Source: Gemmobacter sp.
GTDB lineage: Bacteria > Pseudomonadota > Alphaproteobacteria > Rhodobacterales > Rhodobacteraceae
Assembly: GCF_046292685.1 (NCBI RefSeq)
Contig: NZ_JBKBQM010000009.1
Span: forward strand, 1,242 to 65,241
Reading direction: 5' to 3'
DNA length: 64,000 nucleotides
The notes under the pieces were generated by a model, which was given only the letters and a program-made list of their open reading frames with translations, was not told the DNA's origin and did not search any database. Within the stretch, counting starts at the first letter, position 1; each line of letters starts with the position of its first letter. Below are positions 51,279-62,549 of the stretch, piece after piece. The position numbers were made by a program, and so were the translations under genes.

Positions 51279-52103
51279 ATGCGGCTGATGCTGCTGACGA
51301 CGCTGGCGATGGCGGCCTTTGCCGGCAATTCGCTGCTGAACCGCTGGGCCGTGGGCGCAGGGCATGCCGATGCCTTCGGCTTTGCCGCGCTGCGGGTGGC
51401 CTCGGGGGCGCTGATGCTGTGGCTGCTGGTGCGGATGCGCGGGGCCAGCCCCGCGTGGCGGTCGAGCCGGCGGATGCAGGCGGTGGTGGGGCTGGCCGCC
51501 TATATGCTGGGGTTCTCGGCCGCCTATCTTGCGCTTGATGCCGGCACCGGGGCGCTGATCCTGTTTGCCACCGTGCAGGTCACCATGTTCACCGGCGCCG
51601 CCCTGGCGGCCGAACCGCTGCCGCCGCGGCGCTGGCTGGGCGCCGGGCTGGCGCTGACGGGCCTTGCAGTGCTGCTGTGGCCGGGGGCCGGCGCGGTGCC
51701 GGCCGCCCTGCCCGCGCTTGCGATGATGCTGGCCGGGGTGGGCTGGGGCGTCTATTCGCTGGGCGGGCAGCACGAGGCGGACCCGCTGGCCGCCACGGCC
51801 GCCAATTTCGCGCTGTGCCTGCCGGTGGTGCTGGTGCCGCTGATGCTCTGGCCGCCGCAGGTCGATGCCGTTGGGCTGGCGCTGGCCGTGGCCTCGGGGG
51901 CGGTCACCTCGGGCCTGGGCTATGCGCTGTGGTTCGCCGTATTGCCGGCGCTGGGGGCGGGGCGGGCCGCAGTGGCACAACTGGGGGTGCCGGTGCTGGC
52001 CATGCTGGGCGGCGCCGCCATTCTGGCCGAGCCGCCCAGCATGGCCGCGATTCTGGCCGCAGCCGTGGTGCTGGGCGGGGTGGCGCTGGGGCTGCGGCGC
52101 TGA
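51279..52103 (+). CDS. DMT/EamA family transporter
   Basis: AFAGNSLL, GTGALILFATVQVTM, SGAVTSGLGYALW. Confidence 0.88.
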   Translation: MRLMLLTTLAMAAFAGNSLLNRWAVGAGHADAFGFAALRVASGALMLWLLVRMRGASPAWRSSRRMQAVVGLAAYMLGFSAAYLALDAGTGALILFATVQVTMFTGAALAAEPLPPRRWLGAGLALTGLAVLLWPGAGAVPAALPALAMMLAGVGWGVYSLGGQHEADPLAATAANFALCLPVVLVPLMLWPPQVDAVGLALAVASGAVTSGLGYALWFAVLPALGAGRAAVAQLGVPVLAMLGGAAILAEPPSMAAILAAAVVLGGVALGLRR

Positions 52104-52114
52104 CGCGCGGTGCT

Positions 52115-52294
52115 TCAGCCTGCGAGGCGCCGCGCGATGATCCATGCCACCGGCAGCGCCAGCACGAACCCGGATGCTGCCGCCAGCAAAATGGCCTTCA
52201 GAGTGACAAACCCTGCGGTCAGCGCCACCACCACACCGCTGCCCATCAACGCGGTGGACACCAGCGAAAACATCAGCCCGAACAAGCGCGGCAT
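52115..52294 (-). CDS. Small 2-TM conserved hypothetical protein
   Basis: MPRLFGLMFSLVSTALMGSGVVVALTAG...GFVLALPVAWIIARRL. Confidence 0.7.
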   Translation of the reverse strand: MPRLFGLMFSLVSTALMGSGVVVALTAGFVTLKAILLAAASGFVLALPVAWIIARRLAG

Positions 52295-52378
52295 CTCAAC
52301 CCCCCGAATGGAACCGGCCGCGACTGTAGAACCCGCGCGCACAGCCGCCATGATCGGGATCAAGTCGGCGGCGCGACG

Positions 52379-52870
52379 TCAGGCACCAAGCCGGCGCAGC
52401 GCATCCTTCAGCCGGGCGGTCTTGGGCCCCGCGGCATCCCAGGCCAACTGCCCTTGCCAGAAGGCGAACAGGATCGCGGCGGCCTCTCGGCCTTTCGGCC
52501 CGTCGCCCAACCGCGCGGCAAGCCCCGACTCGATGCTGCGGCGCCATTCGGCCGCGCGGGCCGGGTCGGCCGCGACCGGCGCGGGGCCCTGCGCCGACAG
52601 CGCCTTGAGCAACCCGATCGCCCCCTTCGCCGTCATCGGCGCCTCGGCCAGGGCGGCGGCGGTTGCGGCCTCGATCTCGTCCCAGGCGCCCTTGCGGGCG
52701 TCAGCGATCATGCCCGCCACGCTGCCGTGCCGTTCGGCCAGCGAGCTTGCCGCCAACCCGGCCCGCGCAGCGACGGCCGAAAAGGTCACCGCCTTTTCGC
52801 CGCCTGTGCGGATCAGCGCCAGGACGGCCTGATGCACCACGGTATCGGGAACGCTGCGAGGTCTGGCCAT
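52379..52870 (-). CDS. TetR-like regulator
   Basis: MARPRSVPD, VTFSAVAARAGLAASSLAERHGS. Confidence 0.75.
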   Translation of the reverse strand: MARPRSVPDTVVHQAVLALIRTGGEKAVTFSAVAARAGLAASSLAERHGSVAGMIADARKGAWDEIEAATAAALAEAPMTAKGAIGLLKALSAQGPAPVAADPARAAEWRRSIESGLAARLGDGPKGREAAAILFAFWQGQLAWDAAGPKTARLKDALRRLGA

Positions 52871-52910
52871 GCGCGCAGCATAGCGCAAGCCGCACGCCGC
52901 GAAAGGGGGA

Positions 52911-53531
52911 TCAGCGCCGCGGCGGCCGCGCCTTGTAGACCGGCAGCCGCCAGCCGAAGGCCAGCGACCCGGCGCGCAAGGCCAGCGTCACCCCTGCGCA
53001 GATCAGCAGCGCCACCGGCTCGGGCTGGCCGGCCTGCAAGGCCAGCAGCGCCGCCCCGGCGCCGGCCAGCGCGCAGGTGACGTAAAGCTCGCCTTGCTTG
53101 AGCACCAGCGGCACCTCGTTGCACACCACGTCGCGCATCAGCCCGCCCATGCAGCCGGTGACGATGCCGGTGACCAGCACGATCGGCCAGGGCTGGCCCA
53201 GCCCCAGCGCCACGCCGGTGCCCGCCGGCACCGCAACCGCCAGCGCGCAGGCATCGAGCCAGGCCAGCGTGCGGATGCGGCTTTCCAGCAGATGCGCGGT
53301 CAGGAACACCAGCACCGCGGCGCTGGACGCGACGCCCAGATACAGCGGTTCGGCCACCCAGATCACCTTGCGGTCCAGCAGCAGGTCGCGCAGCGTGCCG
53401 CCGCCCACCGCCGTCAGGCAGGCGACGAAGACAAAACCCACGATATCCAGCTGCGCCCGGCTGGCGGCCAGCGCCCCGGTCAGCGCAAAGACAAAGACCG
53501 AGGCCAGATCCAGCGCCTGAACCAGCGTCAT
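52911..53531 (-). CDS. UPF0126/TRIC channel family membrane protein
   Basis: [35 protein letters not shown]. Confidence 0.9.
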   Translation of the reverse strand: MTLVQALDLASVFVFALTGALAASRAQLDIVGFVFVACLTAVGGGTLRDLLLDRKVIWVAEPLYLGVASSAAVLVFLTAHLLESRIRTLAWLDACALAVAVPAGTGVALGLGQPWPIVLVTGIVTGCMGGLMRDVVCNEVPLVLKQGELYVTCALAGAGAALLALQAGQPEPVALLICAGVTLALRAGSLAFGWRLPVYKARPPRR

Positions 53532-53992
53532 TGCGGCTTTCCGCGCTTGTGCGGCGCCATGCCGGCCCGGGCCAAAGCGTCGGCGCGTTCGTTTTCGGCA
53601 TGCCCGGCATGGCCCTTGATCCAGCGCCAGGTCACCTGATGGCGCGCCTGCGCGGCATCCAGGCGTTGCCACAGGTCCATGTTCTTGACCGGCTTGTTGT
53701 CGGCGGTGCGCCAGCCGTTGCGCTTCCAGCCGTGGATCCAGCCGGTGACGCCGTTCTTCACATAGGCGCTGTCGGTCACCAGCGTGATCGCCGAAGGCCG
53801 GCCCAGGCTTTCCAGCGCCGAAATGGCCGCCATCAGTTCCATGCGGTTGTTGGTGGTTTCGGGCTCGCCACCGCTCAGCTCGCGTTCCTTCAGCGTCGCC
53901 TCGCCCTCGCGCGCCACCAGCAGCACGCCCCAGCCCCCGGGGCCCGGGTTGCCGGAACAGGCACCGTCGGTATAGGCGAAAAGCTCGGGCAT
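53528..53992 (-). CDS. rnhA: Ribonuclease HI
   Basis: [45 protein letters not shown]. Confidence 0.97.
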   Translation of the reverse strand: MPELFAYTDGACSGNPGPGGWGVLLVAREGEATLKERELSGGEPETTNNRMELMAAISALESLGRPSAITLVTDSAYVKNGVTGWIHGWKRNGWRTADNKPVKNMDLWQRLDAAQARHQVTWRWIKGHAGHAENERADALARAGMAPHKRGKPQ

Positions 53993-54081
53993 CGGGCCTC
54001 CTTGCGGTTCGATGTGCCCATACGCGGGATTGCCGGCAAGGGCCAGAGGCCAAGCCTTTCCCCCGGCGGGCCGCTGCGCGA

Positions 54082-55464
54082 TCAGACCCGGAATCGCAGC
54101 CGAAGCGGCTGGCCGTTGCGGATCAGGTCGATGGCCCAGCTTCGGGTCTGGGCACGGGCGGCGCGCTCGACATCGGCGGGGGTGGCGACGCGTTCGCCAT
54201 TGATGGCCAGCACCACATCGCCGGGGCTCAGCCCGGCCTGCGCGGCCCAGGCCTGCACGCCGGTCACGATCACGCCTTCGGCCTGCATCGGCAAACCCCA
54301 TTCCGCGATCACCGCCGGGTTGATCCGCGCCACCTCCAGCCCTTCCAGCGCGCTGCCGGGGCCGATCCGGCGCGGGTCGCGCGCCGGGGTATCGGGCGGG
54401 GCGATGAGGGTGATGCGGGCCTGCCGTTCCTTGCCCTTGCGCAGGTAGCCAAGCTCGACCTGCGCGCCGACGCCGCGGGCCGACATGCGAAAGATCATCT
54501 CTTGCGGCGAGTTCACCGGCGCCCCGTCCAGCGCCACGACCACATCGCCCGGCTGCAACCCGGCCTTCGCCAGCGGGCTTTCGGGGTGCAGGTCCGACAG
54601 GATCACCCCTTCGGGGCGCGGCAGGCCCAGGCTTTCGGCCAGGGCGCCATCGACCGCCTGCCCGTTCACGCCGGCCCAGGGCCGCTGAAACCGCGTGGCC
54701 CCCGCTTCGGCCTGCGCCACCACCGCGCGCACAAGGTTCGACGGAATCGCAAAGCCCACCCCGTTCGACCCGCCCGACTGCGTCAGGATCGCGGTGTTGA
54801 TCCCGACCAGCCGCCCTTGCGCATCGACCAGCGCACCGCCCGAGTTGCCGGGGTTGATCGCCGCATCGGTCTGCAGGAAATAGCCGCGCCCGTCGCCCAC
54901 CGAAATCGACGACCGCGCCAGCGCCGAAACGATGCCCATGCTGACCGTCTGCCCGATGCCGAACGGGTTGCCGATGGCCAGCACCAGCTCGCCGACCTCG
55001 ACCCCGTCGCTGTCGCGGAAAGGCAGCACCGGCAGGTCGGTCGCCTCCTTCAGGCGCAGCACGGCCAGATCGTTGTCGCGGTCGGCCAGCACGACCTCGG
55101 CCGCGAACTCGCGGCGATCCTGCAACACGACGGTGATGTCGGTGGCGGCATCGACCACATGGTAATTGGAAACCACCAGCCCGCCGGCGCCGACGATCAC
55201 CCCCGACCCCAGCGAATTCTGCACCTCGGGGCGCGCGGCGCCGAAATCGCGGAACAGCCGGTCGAAGAACGGATCGCCGCTGAACGGGCTGACCCGGGTT
55301 TCCACCACACGGGTCGCATAGATGTTCACCACGGCCGGCGCCGCCTGTTTCACCACCGGGGCAAAGGACAGGGTGATCTCGGCCTGGCTTGCCGGGACAC
55401 GCGTTTCGGCCCCCAGCGGGGCGGCAACGATCAGCAGGGCGGACAGGATCAAGGGCAGGCGCAT
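54082..55464 (-). CDS. HtrA/DegP-family serine protease with two PDZ domains
   Basis: Signal peptide; [28 protein letters not shown]. Confidence 0.93.
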   Translation of the reverse strand: MRLPLILSALLIVAAPLGAETRVPASQAEITLSFAPVVKQAAPAVVNIYATRVVETRVSPFSGDPFFDRLFRDFGAARPEVQNSLGSGVIVGAGGLVVSNYHVVDAATDITVVLQDRREFAAEVVLADRDNDLAVLRLKEATDLPVLPFRDSDGVEVGELVLAIGNPFGIGQTVSMGIVSALARSSISVGDGRGYFLQTDAAINPGNSGGALVDAQGRLVGINTAILTQSGGSNGVGFAIPSNLVRAVVAQAEAGATRFQRPWAGVNGQAVDGALAESLGLPRPEGVILSDLHPESPLAKAGLQPGDVVVALDGAPVNSPQEMIFRMSARGVGAQVELGYLRKGKERQARITLIAPPDTPARDPRRIGPGSALEGLEVARINPAVIAEWGLPMQAEGVIVTGVQAWAAQAGLSPGDVVLAINGERVATPADVERAARAQTRSWAIDLIRNGQPLRLRFRV

Positions 55465-55491
55465 GACATCCTCCGGGCTGGTGCGCTGACG

Positions 55492-55520
55492 ATATGGGCG
55501 CCGGCGCCGAAAGTCGCAAG
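55492..55520 (-). promoter_or_regulatory. RpoH (sigma32) promoter of the DegP-like gene
   Basis: Minus strand CTTG-N18-CCCATAT. Confidence 0.7.
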
Positions 55521-55525
55521 ACAGC

Positions 55526-55552
55526 AAAAGGCCCGCCGGCGTGCGGCGGGCC
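55526..55552 (-). terminator. Intrinsic terminator after rplQ
   Basis: ggcccgccg-cacgc-cggcgggcc followed by TTTT on the minus strand. Confidence 0.75.
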
Positions 55553-55575
55553 CCCGGTCTGCCAAGCGGCAGAAA

Positions 55576-55995
55576 TCAGTCCTCGGCGGCCTCGGCGGCT
55601 TCGCTGCGGGCACGGTCGGCAGCGCCCTTGGCGCTGGTGTCACGGTCCACGAACTCGATGATCGCCATCGGCGCCATGTCGCCATAGCGGAAGCCGGCCT
55701 TCAGCACGCGGACATAGCCGCCCTGACGGTTCTTGTAGCGCGGGCCCAGGATTTCGAACAGGCGGGCAACGTGGCGCTCTTCCTTCAGCTGCGCGGCAGC
55801 CTGACGGCGGGCGTGCAGGTCGCCGCGCTTGGCCAGCGTGACCAGCTTTTCGATGATCGGGCGCAGTTCCTTGGCCTTGGGCAAGGTGGTCTTGATCTGC
55901 TCGTGCTCGATCAGCGAGCCCGACATATTGGCGAACAGCGCCTTGCGGTGTTCGTGGGTGCGGTTCAGGCGGCGGTAGCCGCGGGCGTGACGCAT
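55576..55995 (-). CDS. rplQ: 50S ribosomal protein L17
   Basis: [32 protein letters not shown]. Confidence 0.98.
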   Translation of the reverse strand: MRHARGYRRLNRTHEHRKALFANMSGSLIEHEQIKTTLPKAKELRPIIEKLVTLAKRGDLHARRQAAAQLKEERHVARLFEILGPRYKNRQGGYVRVLKAGFRYGDMAPMAIIEFVDRDTSAKGAADRARSEAAEAAED

Positions 55996-56131
55996 GATGG
56001 TCTCCTTACGTCTTTTGCTTTGTGTTGGGCCCCGTGCGTAGCGAGGCCCGTCGTTGGGGCAGGATTGCCCATATGTTCCCCGGCGGTCCGGGCATTGCCG
56101 GACGCGCCCCGGGCCGGGCCCGGGGCGGATG

Positions 56132-57148
56132 TCAGAACTGGTCCTCGAAGCGCTTGGCCAGATCCTCGATGTTTTCCGGCGGCCAATCCTCGACCTCCAT
56201 GCCCAGGTGCAGGCCCATGCCGGCCAGCACTTCCTTGATCTCGTTCAAGGACTTGCGGCCGAAGTTCGGGGTGCGCAGCATCTCGGCTTCGGTCTTCTGG
56301 ATCAGGTCGCCGATATAGACGATGTTGTCGTTCTTCAGGCAGTTCGCCGAACGGACCGACAGTTCCAGCTCGTCCACCTTCTTGAGCAGCAGCGGGTTGA
56401 ACTCCAGCCCGGTGTCCAGCTCGCCGGCCTTGGCCGATTCCGGTTCGTCGAAGTTGACGAAGATCGACAGCTGGTCCTGCAGGATGCGCGCGGCATAGGC
56501 CACGGCGTCTTCCGGGGTCAGCGACCCGTCGGTTTCCACCTTCAGCGTCAGCTTGTCATAGTCCAGCACCTGGCCTTCGCGGGTCGGCTGCACTTCGTAG
56601 CTGACCTTCTTGACCGGCGAATAGATCGCGTCGATCGGGATCAGGCCGATGGGCGCATCCTCGGGCCGGTTCTTGTCGGCCGAGACATAACCCTTGCCGG
56701 TGTTCACGGTCAGCTCCATGAACACGTCGGCGCCTTCGTCCAGGTGGCAGATCACGTGCTCCTTGTTCAGGATGGTGATGCCGTTCGATTCCGAAATGTC
56801 GCCCGCGGTGACGACGCCCGGCCCCTTGGCCGAAATCGACAGGCGCTTGGGCCCCTCGACCTCCATGCGGATGGCGACGCCCTTGAGGTTCAGGACGATG
56901 TCGGTCACGTCTTCGCGCACACCGGCCACCGAGGAAAACTCGTGCAGCACGTTGTCGATCTGCACGCTGGTGATCGCGGCGCCCTGCAAGGACGACATCA
57001 GCACACGCCGCAGCGCGTTGCCAAGCGTCAGACCGAAACCGCGTTCCAGCGGTTCGGCAACCAGGGTGGCCATCCGGCTGGGATCGGCGCCCGGCTTGAC
57101 CTCAAGCTGTTGCGGCTTGATGAGTTCTTGCCAGTTCTTGTGGATCAT
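56132..57148 (-). CDS. rpoA: RNA polymerase alpha subunit
   Basis: [38 protein letters not shown]; alternative start at 57163. Confidence 0.98.
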   Translation of the reverse strand: MIHKNWQELIKPQQLEVKPGADPSRMATLVAEPLERGFGLTLGNALRRVLMSSLQGAAITSVQIDNVLHEFSSVAGVREDVTDIVLNLKGVAIRMEVEGPKRLSISAKGPGVVTAGDISESNGITILNKEHVICHLDEGADVFMELTVNTGKGYVSADKNRPEDAPIGLIPIDAIYSPVKKVSYEVQPTREGQVLDYDKLTLKVETDGSLTPEDAVAYAARILQDQLSIFVNFDEPESAKAGELDTGLEFNPLLLKKVDELELSVRSANCLKNDNIVYIGDLIQKTEAEMLRTPNFGRKSLNEIKEVLAGMGLHLGMEVEDWPPENIEDLAKRFEDQF

Positions 57149-57263
57149 GCGTGTCGCCTCCATACCTGCCTGTCGGCCATGTCCGTAACCGCAGACGCCC
57201 GAGGATCTTCAATGACGTATGGGCCGCGCCCGGAAGGCACGGCCCGCAAAGGTTTCGCCGGCG

Positions 57264-57665
57264 TCAGACGCGGCGCCGCTTGGGCGGCCGGCAGCCGTTG
57301 TGCGCGATCGGGGTGACGTCGCGGATCGAGGTGATGTTGAACCCCACCGCGGCCAGGGCGCGCAGCGCCGATTCGCGGCCCGAACCCGGGCCCTGCACTT
57401 CGACCTCGATGGTCTTCACACCATGTTCCTGCGCCTTGCGGCCGGCATCCTCGGCAGCCATCTGGGCCGCATAGGGGGTCGATTTGCGCGAACCCTTGAA
57501 GCCCATCGTGCCGGCCGACGACCACGAGATCGCGTTGCCCTGCACGTCCGAGATCAGGATCTTGGTGTTGTTGAACGACGAATTCACATGAGCAACGCCC
57601 GAGGCGATGTTCTTGCGCTCTTTCTTCTTGCCGCCGCGGGCGGCCGATTTGGTGTCGCGTGCCAT
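57264..57665 (-). CDS. rpsK: 30S ribosomal protein S11
   Basis: [34 protein letters not shown]. Confidence 0.98.
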   Translation of the reverse strand: MARDTKSAARGGKKKERKNIASGVAHVNSSFNNTKILISDVQGNAISWSSAGTMGFKGSRKSTPYAAQMAAEDAGRKAQEHGVKTIEVEVQGPGSGRESALRALAAVGFNITSIRDVTPIAHNGCRPPKRRRV

Positions 57666-57680
57666 CTGCGTCCGCTCCCC

Positions 57681-58049
57681 TTACTTCTTCTTGCCGGCGA
57701 TGGCCTTTGCGGGGCCTTTGCGCGTGCGGGCGTTGGTGTGGGTGCGCTGGCCGCGGACCGGCAGGCCCTTGCGGTGACGCAGGCCGCGGTAGCAGCCAAG
57801 GTCCATCAGACGCTTGATGTTGGTCGAGACTTCGCGGCGCAGGTCGCCTTCGACCGTGAAGTTCGCGTCGATATGTTCGCGGATCGCGAGCACTTCGGCA
57901 TCCGACAGTTCGTTGACGCGGCGGGCGCGGTCGATGCCGACAGCCTCGCAGATCAGTTCGGCCACATGCGGGCCGATGCCGTGGATGTACTGGAGCGCGA
58001 TCGGAACGCGCTTTGCAGTGGGGATGTTGACGCCAGCAATACGTGCCAC
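57681..58049 (-). CDS. rpsM: 30S ribosomal protein S13
   Basis: [35 protein letters not shown]. Confidence 0.98.
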   Translation of the reverse strand: MARIAGVNIPTAKRVPIALQYIHGIGPHVAELICEAVGIDRARRVNELSDAEVLAIREHIDANFTVEGDLRREVSTNIKRLMDLGCYRGLRHRKGLPVRGQRTHTNARTRKGPAKAIAGKKK

Positions 58050-58201
58050 GCGTATCTTCCTTTCGTTGCGGTTCCGTCGTGCCAGAACCTTTTTTCACAA
58101 CGCGAGTCCCAGGGCCGGATGCCCGCGGGCCTTTGCATCGCCTCGGATGTTGCTTCGCCCCGGGGCGAAGCCCTTTCGACGATTCCCTTGCGGGACGCCG
58201 T

Positions 58202-58230
58202 TCCCTATGGGGTTTTCACGGTCGCGTCAA
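58202..58230 (-). promoter_or_regulatory. Candidate sigma70 promoter of the alpha operon
   Basis: TTGACG-N17-TAGGGA on the minus strand. Confidence 0.55.
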
Positions 58231-58236
58231 GGCGCG

Positions 58237-58887
58237 TCACGCCTTGTCAAGCACTTTCGCAATGGCCGCCGCCACCGCATCCATCTCGGCCAGGCCATCC
58301 ACACCGTGCAGCTTGCCCTTGGCATGGTAGTAGCCGATCAGCGGGCTTGTCTTCTTGTAGTATTCCATCAGCCGGGTTTTCAGGCTGTCCTCGTTGTCGT
58401 CGGCGCGCCGCACCATCTTGTGCGAGCCGCAGACGTCGCAGACGCCGGGAACGGCCGTGGGCCGGGTCACGTCGTGATAAACAGCCCCGCAATCGCCGCA
58501 GGTGTAGCGGCCGGTGATGCGCGCGACCAGCGCCGCATCATCGACCTGCATTTCGATCACGGCATCCAGGCTCTGGCCCACGCGCGCCATCAGGGCCTCC
58601 AGCGCATCGGCCTGCGCCAGCGTGCGCGGGAACCCGTCGAAGATGAACCCGCCGCCGGCGGCCCCGGTCAGGCGTTCCTCGATCAGGCCGATGACGATCT
58701 CGTCGGTCACCAACTCGCCCCGGTCCATCACCGCGGCCACCTTGCGGCCCATTTCGGTGCCGCTGGCCTTGGCCGCGCGCAGCATGTCGCCGGTGGAAAG
58801 CTGCACCATGCCGCGTTCGTCTTCCAGCCGCTTGGCCTGGGTTCCCTTACCAGCTCCTGGCGGCCCCAACAGGATGATGTTCGGCAT
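58237..58887 (-). CDS. adk: Adenylate kinase (4-Cys LID)
   Basis: [31 protein letters not shown]. Confidence 0.97.
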   Translation of the reverse strand: MPNIILLGPPGAGKGTQAKRLEDERGMVQLSTGDMLRAAKASGTEMGRKVAAVMDRGELVTDEIVIGLIEERLTGAAGGGFIFDGFPRTLAQADALEALMARVGQSLDAVIEMQVDDAALVARITGRYTCGDCGAVYHDVTRPTAVPGVCDVCGSHKMVRRADDNEDSLKTRLMEYYKKTSPLIGYYHAKGKLHGVDGLAEMDAVAAAIAKVLDKA

Positions 58888-58896
58888 CGTCGGTCC

Positions 58897-60252
58897 TCAG
58901 CGCCGGGCAGGGGCGCGGTTCGCGCGTTTCTTGCCGCCCAGACGGCTTTTCTCGATAAGGCCTTCATACTGGTGCGCCAGCAGGTGGCTTTGCACCTGGT
59001 TGATCGTGTCCATCGTCACCGACACCACGATCAGCACCGAGGTTCCGCCGAAGTAGAACGGCACCGCAAGATTGCTGCGCAGAACCTCGGGCAACAGGCA
59101 AACTGCGACAAGGTAGGCCGACCCGAGCACCAGCACGCGGTTGACCACGTAGTCGAGGTATTCCTCGGTCTTCTTGCCGGGGCGGATGCCGGGTATGAAC
59201 CCCGTCTGGTTCTTCAGGTTATCCGCCACGTCTTCGGTCTTGAAGGCGACGTTGGCGGTGTAGAAGTAGCTGAAGAACACGATCATGGCCGCAAAGAACA
59301 GCAGATACAGCGGTTGCCCCGGCCCGAAATAGGCCAGGATCGTCGACATGATCGGCCCGGTCTGGTTGCCCGAAAAGGTCGAGACCGTAACGGGCAGCAG
59401 CAGCAGCGACGACGCGAAGATCGCCGGGATCACGCCGGCCGGGTTGACCTTGATCGGCAGGTGGCTCGAGCCGCCGTCATAAACCTTCATCCCGACCTGG
59501 CGCCGCGGATACTGGATGTGGATCTTGCGCAACGCGCGCTCCATGAACACCACAAAGGCGATCACGGCCACCACCATCACGATCACCCCGATGATGACCG
59601 GATAGCTGATCGCGCCGGAACGGCCCTGGCTGAAGAACTGCGCCAGCGCGCTGGGGATTTCGGCGACGATGCCCACAAAGATGATGAGGCTGATGCCGTT
59701 GCCGATGCCGCGCTGGGTGATCTGCTCGCCCAGCCACATCAGGAACATGGTGCCGCCGACCAGCGTGATGACCACCGCCGCGCGGAAGAACAGGCCCGGA
59801 TCATGCGCCAGATCGCCTGCCTCCAGGCTGACCGCGATGCCCCAGGCCTGAAAGAACGCCAGCGCCACGGTGCCGAAGCGGGTATACTGGTTCAGCTTCT
59901 TGCGCCCGGCCTCGCCTTCCTTCTTCAGCGCCATCAGGCTTGGCACCATCGCCGCCAGCAGCTGCACGATGATCGAGGCCGAGATATATGGCATGATCCC
60001 GAGCGCAAAGATGCCCATGCGCGAAATCGCGCCGCCGGTGAACATGTTCAGCATGCCGCCGATGCCGGCCGCCGCTTCGTCCATGAACTCCTTCAGGGCA
60101 ACGGCGTCGATCCCCGGCACCGGAATGTAGGTGCCGATGCGATACACGATCAGCAGCCCGATGGTGAAGAAGATGCGCTGGCGCAGGTCCGTGGCCTTGG
60201 CCAGGCTGCCCCAGCTGAGGTTCGCCGCCATTTGCTCTGCAGCAGATGCCAT
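58897..60252 (-). CDS. secY: Preprotein translocase SecY
   Basis: ALGIMPYISASII, GIGNGISLII, IPGIRPG, FGGTSVLIVV. Confidence 0.98.
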   Translation of the reverse strand: MASAAEQMAANLSWGSLAKATDLRQRIFFTIGLLIVYRIGTYIPVPGIDAVALKEFMDEAAAGIGGMLNMFTGGAISRMGIFALGIMPYISASIIVQLLAAMVPSLMALKKEGEAGRKKLNQYTRFGTVALAFFQAWGIAVSLEAGDLAHDPGLFFRAAVVITLVGGTMFLMWLGEQITQRGIGNGISLIIFVGIVAEIPSALAQFFSQGRSGAISYPVIIGVIVMVVAVIAFVVFMERALRKIHIQYPRRQVGMKVYDGGSSHLPIKVNPAGVIPAIFASSLLLLPVTVSTFSGNQTGPIMSTILAYFGPGQPLYLLFFAAMIVFFSYFYTANVAFKTEDVADNLKNQTGFIPGIRPGKKTEEYLDYVVNRVLVLGSAYLVAVCLLPEVLRSNLAVPFYFGGTSVLIVVSVTMDTINQVQSHLLAHQYEGLIEKSRLGGKKRANRAPARR

Positions 60253-60350
60253 GTCCGGTCTCTTTCATGACAGCGCCGCCGGACCATCTTCCGGTCGGCG
60301 GCGCGGGAAAACTGGGGCAGATGTAAGCGGGGCAAGCCCCGCCTGCAACC

Positions 60351-60827
60351 TTATTCGGCAGCCGCCGGCTGCGCCGTCAGCGTGATCTTGCCGCCCGCCT
60401 TCTCGATCGCCTCGACCGCCGATTTCGACGCACCGGAAACCACCAGCGTCACCGCCGCGGTGATCTCGCCCTTGCCCAGCACGCGGATACCGTCGCGCTT
60501 GTGGCCGGTCACACCAGCGGCAATCAGCGCGTCCTCGGTGATTTCCGCGTCGGCCGCCAGCTTGCCGGCCTCGATGAACTTCTGGATCATGCCGAGGTTG
60601 ACGACCGCCCATTCCTTGCGGTTCGGCTTGTTGAAGCCGCGCTTCGGCAGGCGGCGATACAGCGGCATCTGGCCGCCTTCGTAACCACCGAGCGCCACGC
60701 CGGAGCGCGATTTCTGGCCCTTGATCCCGCGGCCGGCCGTCTTGCCCTTGCCCGAACCCGGGCCGCGTGCCACGCGCTTCTGCTTCTTGGCGGCGCCGGG
60801 GTTATCGCGCAGTTCGTTCAGTTTCAT
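60351..60827 (-). CDS. rplO: 50S ribosomal protein L15
   Basis: [37 protein letters not shown]. Confidence 0.98.
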   Translation of the reverse strand: MKLNELRDNPGAAKKQKRVARGPGSGKGKTAGRGIKGQKSRSGVALGGYEGGQMPLYRRLPKRGFNKPNRKEWAVVNLGMIQKFIEAGKLAADAEITEDALIAAGVTGHKRDGIRVLGKGEITAAVTLVVSGASKSAVEAIEKAGGKITLTAQPAAAE

Positions 60828-60920
60828 GTCGCACTCTCCTTGGCCGGAACTGCCCCGCCTGCGACGGATGGGGCAAACACGGCATTTCTTGATTCTTGCG
60901 GCGCGATGCGCCACCGGTCG

Positions 60921-60949
60921 GCATTACACCCGACGCCCGCGCCGCGCAA
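60921..60949 (-). promoter_or_regulatory. Candidate internal promoter for rplO-secY-adk
   Basis: TTGCGC-N17-TAATGC on the minus strand. Confidence 0.45.
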
Positions 60950-60954
60950 GCGGG

Positions 60955-61290
60955 TCACGCCTCGCTGACGTAAAGGCCCCAGCCTTCGGCCGCAAAGCCG
61001 TGCACCGCAGCCAGCAGCGTCAGCCGTTCCTCATGCGCCCAGATCGCCTCGAAGGTCACCGGGCCTTCGGGGGCCGTGATCTCGATCCAGGTGTCGTCCT
61101 CGTCGTCGCCCTGATACCAGGCGACCTCATAGCCCTTGGCCTCGGCAGCGTCGGTCAGCGCATCCCAATCGGCATCGTCCGTCTCGGGCACGAACTGGAA
61201 ATCGACCGAAGCGCTGGCCGGCACGTCGCCCTTGGCCATGATTTCGCGGAATACCGACTCGGTCTCGGCACGCTGGTCTTGCAGGTCCAT
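60955..61290 (-). CDS. Acidic RraB-like (RNase E inhibitor family) protein
   Basis: 111 aa, very acidic; VDFQF, GYEV, LAAVHGFAAEGWG C-terminal signature; AAGGAG RBS. Confidence 0.65.
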   Translation of the reverse strand: MDLQDQRAETESVFREIMAKGDVPASASVDFQFVPETDDADWDALTDAAEAKGYEVAWYQGDDEDDTWIEITAPEGPVTFEAIWAHEERLTLLAAVHGFAAEGWGLYVSEA

Positions 61291-61334
61291 CGCTGGCTCC
61301 TTGTTGCGGGCGGGCGATACCGCCCCAATGGCAA

Positions 61335-61358
61335 CGCCCCGGCCTGCGGGCCGGGGCG
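61335..61358 (-). terminator. Hairpin after rpmD
   Basis: cgccccggcc-cgca-ggccggggcg followed by TTGCCATT on the minus strand. Confidence 0.5.
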
Positions 61359-61386
61359 CCGGATTCGGTCAAGGGCAATCATGCCC

Positions 61387-61578
61387 TCAGCCGCGCTCTT
61401 CGATGATCTTCACAAGATGCGGGATCTTGTTGACCATGCCGCGGATCGCCGGGGTATCCTCCAGCTCGCGGGTGCGGCGCACCTTGTTCAGACCAAGACC
61501 CTTGAGCGTCGCAGTCTGGATCGCAGGGCGGCGGGCGGCCGAGGCCACCTGCTGCACGACGATGGTTTTCTTCGTCAT
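61387..61578 (-). CDS. rpmD: 50S ribosomal protein L30
   Basis: [24 protein letters not shown]. Confidence 0.97.
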   Translation of the reverse strand: MTKKTIVVQQVASAARRPAIQTATLKGLGLNKVRRTRELEDTPAIRGMVNKIPHLVKIIEERG

Positions 61579-61589
61579 CGTGCTTCTCC

Positions 61590-62168
61590 TCAGGCTTCGA
61601 CCGCGACGGCTTCGGCTTCGGGCTTCTTCAGGATGTCGGCCACCTTCTTGCCGCGGCGCGCCGCGACCATACGGGGGGACGATTCCAGCTTCAGACCGTC
61701 GATGGTCGCGCGGATCATGTTGTAGGGGTTCTGGCTGCCGATGGACTTTGCCACGACATCCTGGACGCCCAGCATCTCGAACACCGCGCGCATCGGACCG
61801 CCGGCGATGATGCCGGTGCCCGCCACGGCGGCGCGCATCACGACCTTGCCCGCACCGTGGCGGCCTTCGATGTCGTGGTGCAGGGTCCGGCCATCGCGCA
61901 GGGCAACGCGGATCATGCTGCGCTTGGCCTGTTCGGTCGCCTTGCGGATCGCCTCGGGCACTTCCTTGGCCTTGCCCTTGCCGAAGCCGACGCGGCCGCG
62001 CTGGTCACCCACCACGACCAGAGCCGCAAAGCCGAAGCGCTTGCCGCCCTTCACGGTCTTGGAGACGCGGTTGATCGCCACCAGACGGTCGGCGAATTCC
62101 GGGGTTTCCTCGGCACGCTCGCGACGGTCTTCGCGGCGGCCTTCCCGGCGGTTTTCTCTTTCTGCCAT
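61590..62168 (-). CDS. rpsE: 30S ribosomal protein S5
   Basis: [32 protein letters not shown]. Confidence 0.98.
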   Translation of the reverse strand: MAERENRREGRREDRRERAEETPEFADRLVAINRVSKTVKGGKRFGFAALVVVGDQRGRVGFGKGKAKEVPEAIRKATEQAKRSMIRVALRDGRTLHHDIEGRHGAGKVVMRAAVAGTGIIAGGPMRAVFEMLGVQDVVAKSIGSQNPYNMIRATIDGLKLESSPRMVAARRGKKVADILKKPEAEAVAVEA

Positions 62169-62178
62169 GTCCGTCTCC

Positions 62179-62538
62179 TCAGAACTTCAGGCCACCTTCA
62201 CGGGCGGCATCGGCAAGCGCCTTGACCTTTCCGTGAAACAGGAAACCGCCGCGGTCGAAGTAGCACTCCTCGAACCCGGCCGCCTTGGCCCGCTCGGCAA
62301 TCGTCGCGCCCACCTTGGTGGCGGCCTCGATGTTGTTCTTGCCGTAGAACCCCAGCTCCTTTTCCAGCGTCGAGGCGGCGGCAACGGTCACGCCGCGCAC
62401 GTCGTCGATCAGCTGGGCGCTGATGTTCTTGTTGGACCGGTGCACCGACAGGCGCAGGCGCCCGTCGGACATTTTCCGCAGCTTGTTCCGCACGCGCAGG
62501 CGGCGCTTGATGAACAGCTCTCTTTTCGTGTTCGCCAT
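62179..62538 (-). CDS. rplR: 50S ribosomal protein L18
   Basis: [39 protein letters not shown]. Confidence 0.97.
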   Translation of the reverse strand: MANTKRELFIKRRLRVRNKLRKMSDGRLRLSVHRSNKNISAQLIDDVRGVTVAAASTLEKELGFYGKNNIEAATKVGATIAERAKAAGFEECYFDRGGFLFHGKVKALADAAREGGLKF

Positions 62539-62549
62539 GATTGCGCCCC

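Noticed and set aside
58050-58201. Long structured rpsM leader as a possible ncRNA or autoregulatory element
   Set aside because: Short hairpins are present but expected at this GC content, and no family could be recognised by eye.
58237-58887. Four-Cys metal-binding LID in a Gram-negative adenylate kinase
   Set aside because: Already known for this lineage (e.g. Paracoccus adenylate kinase).
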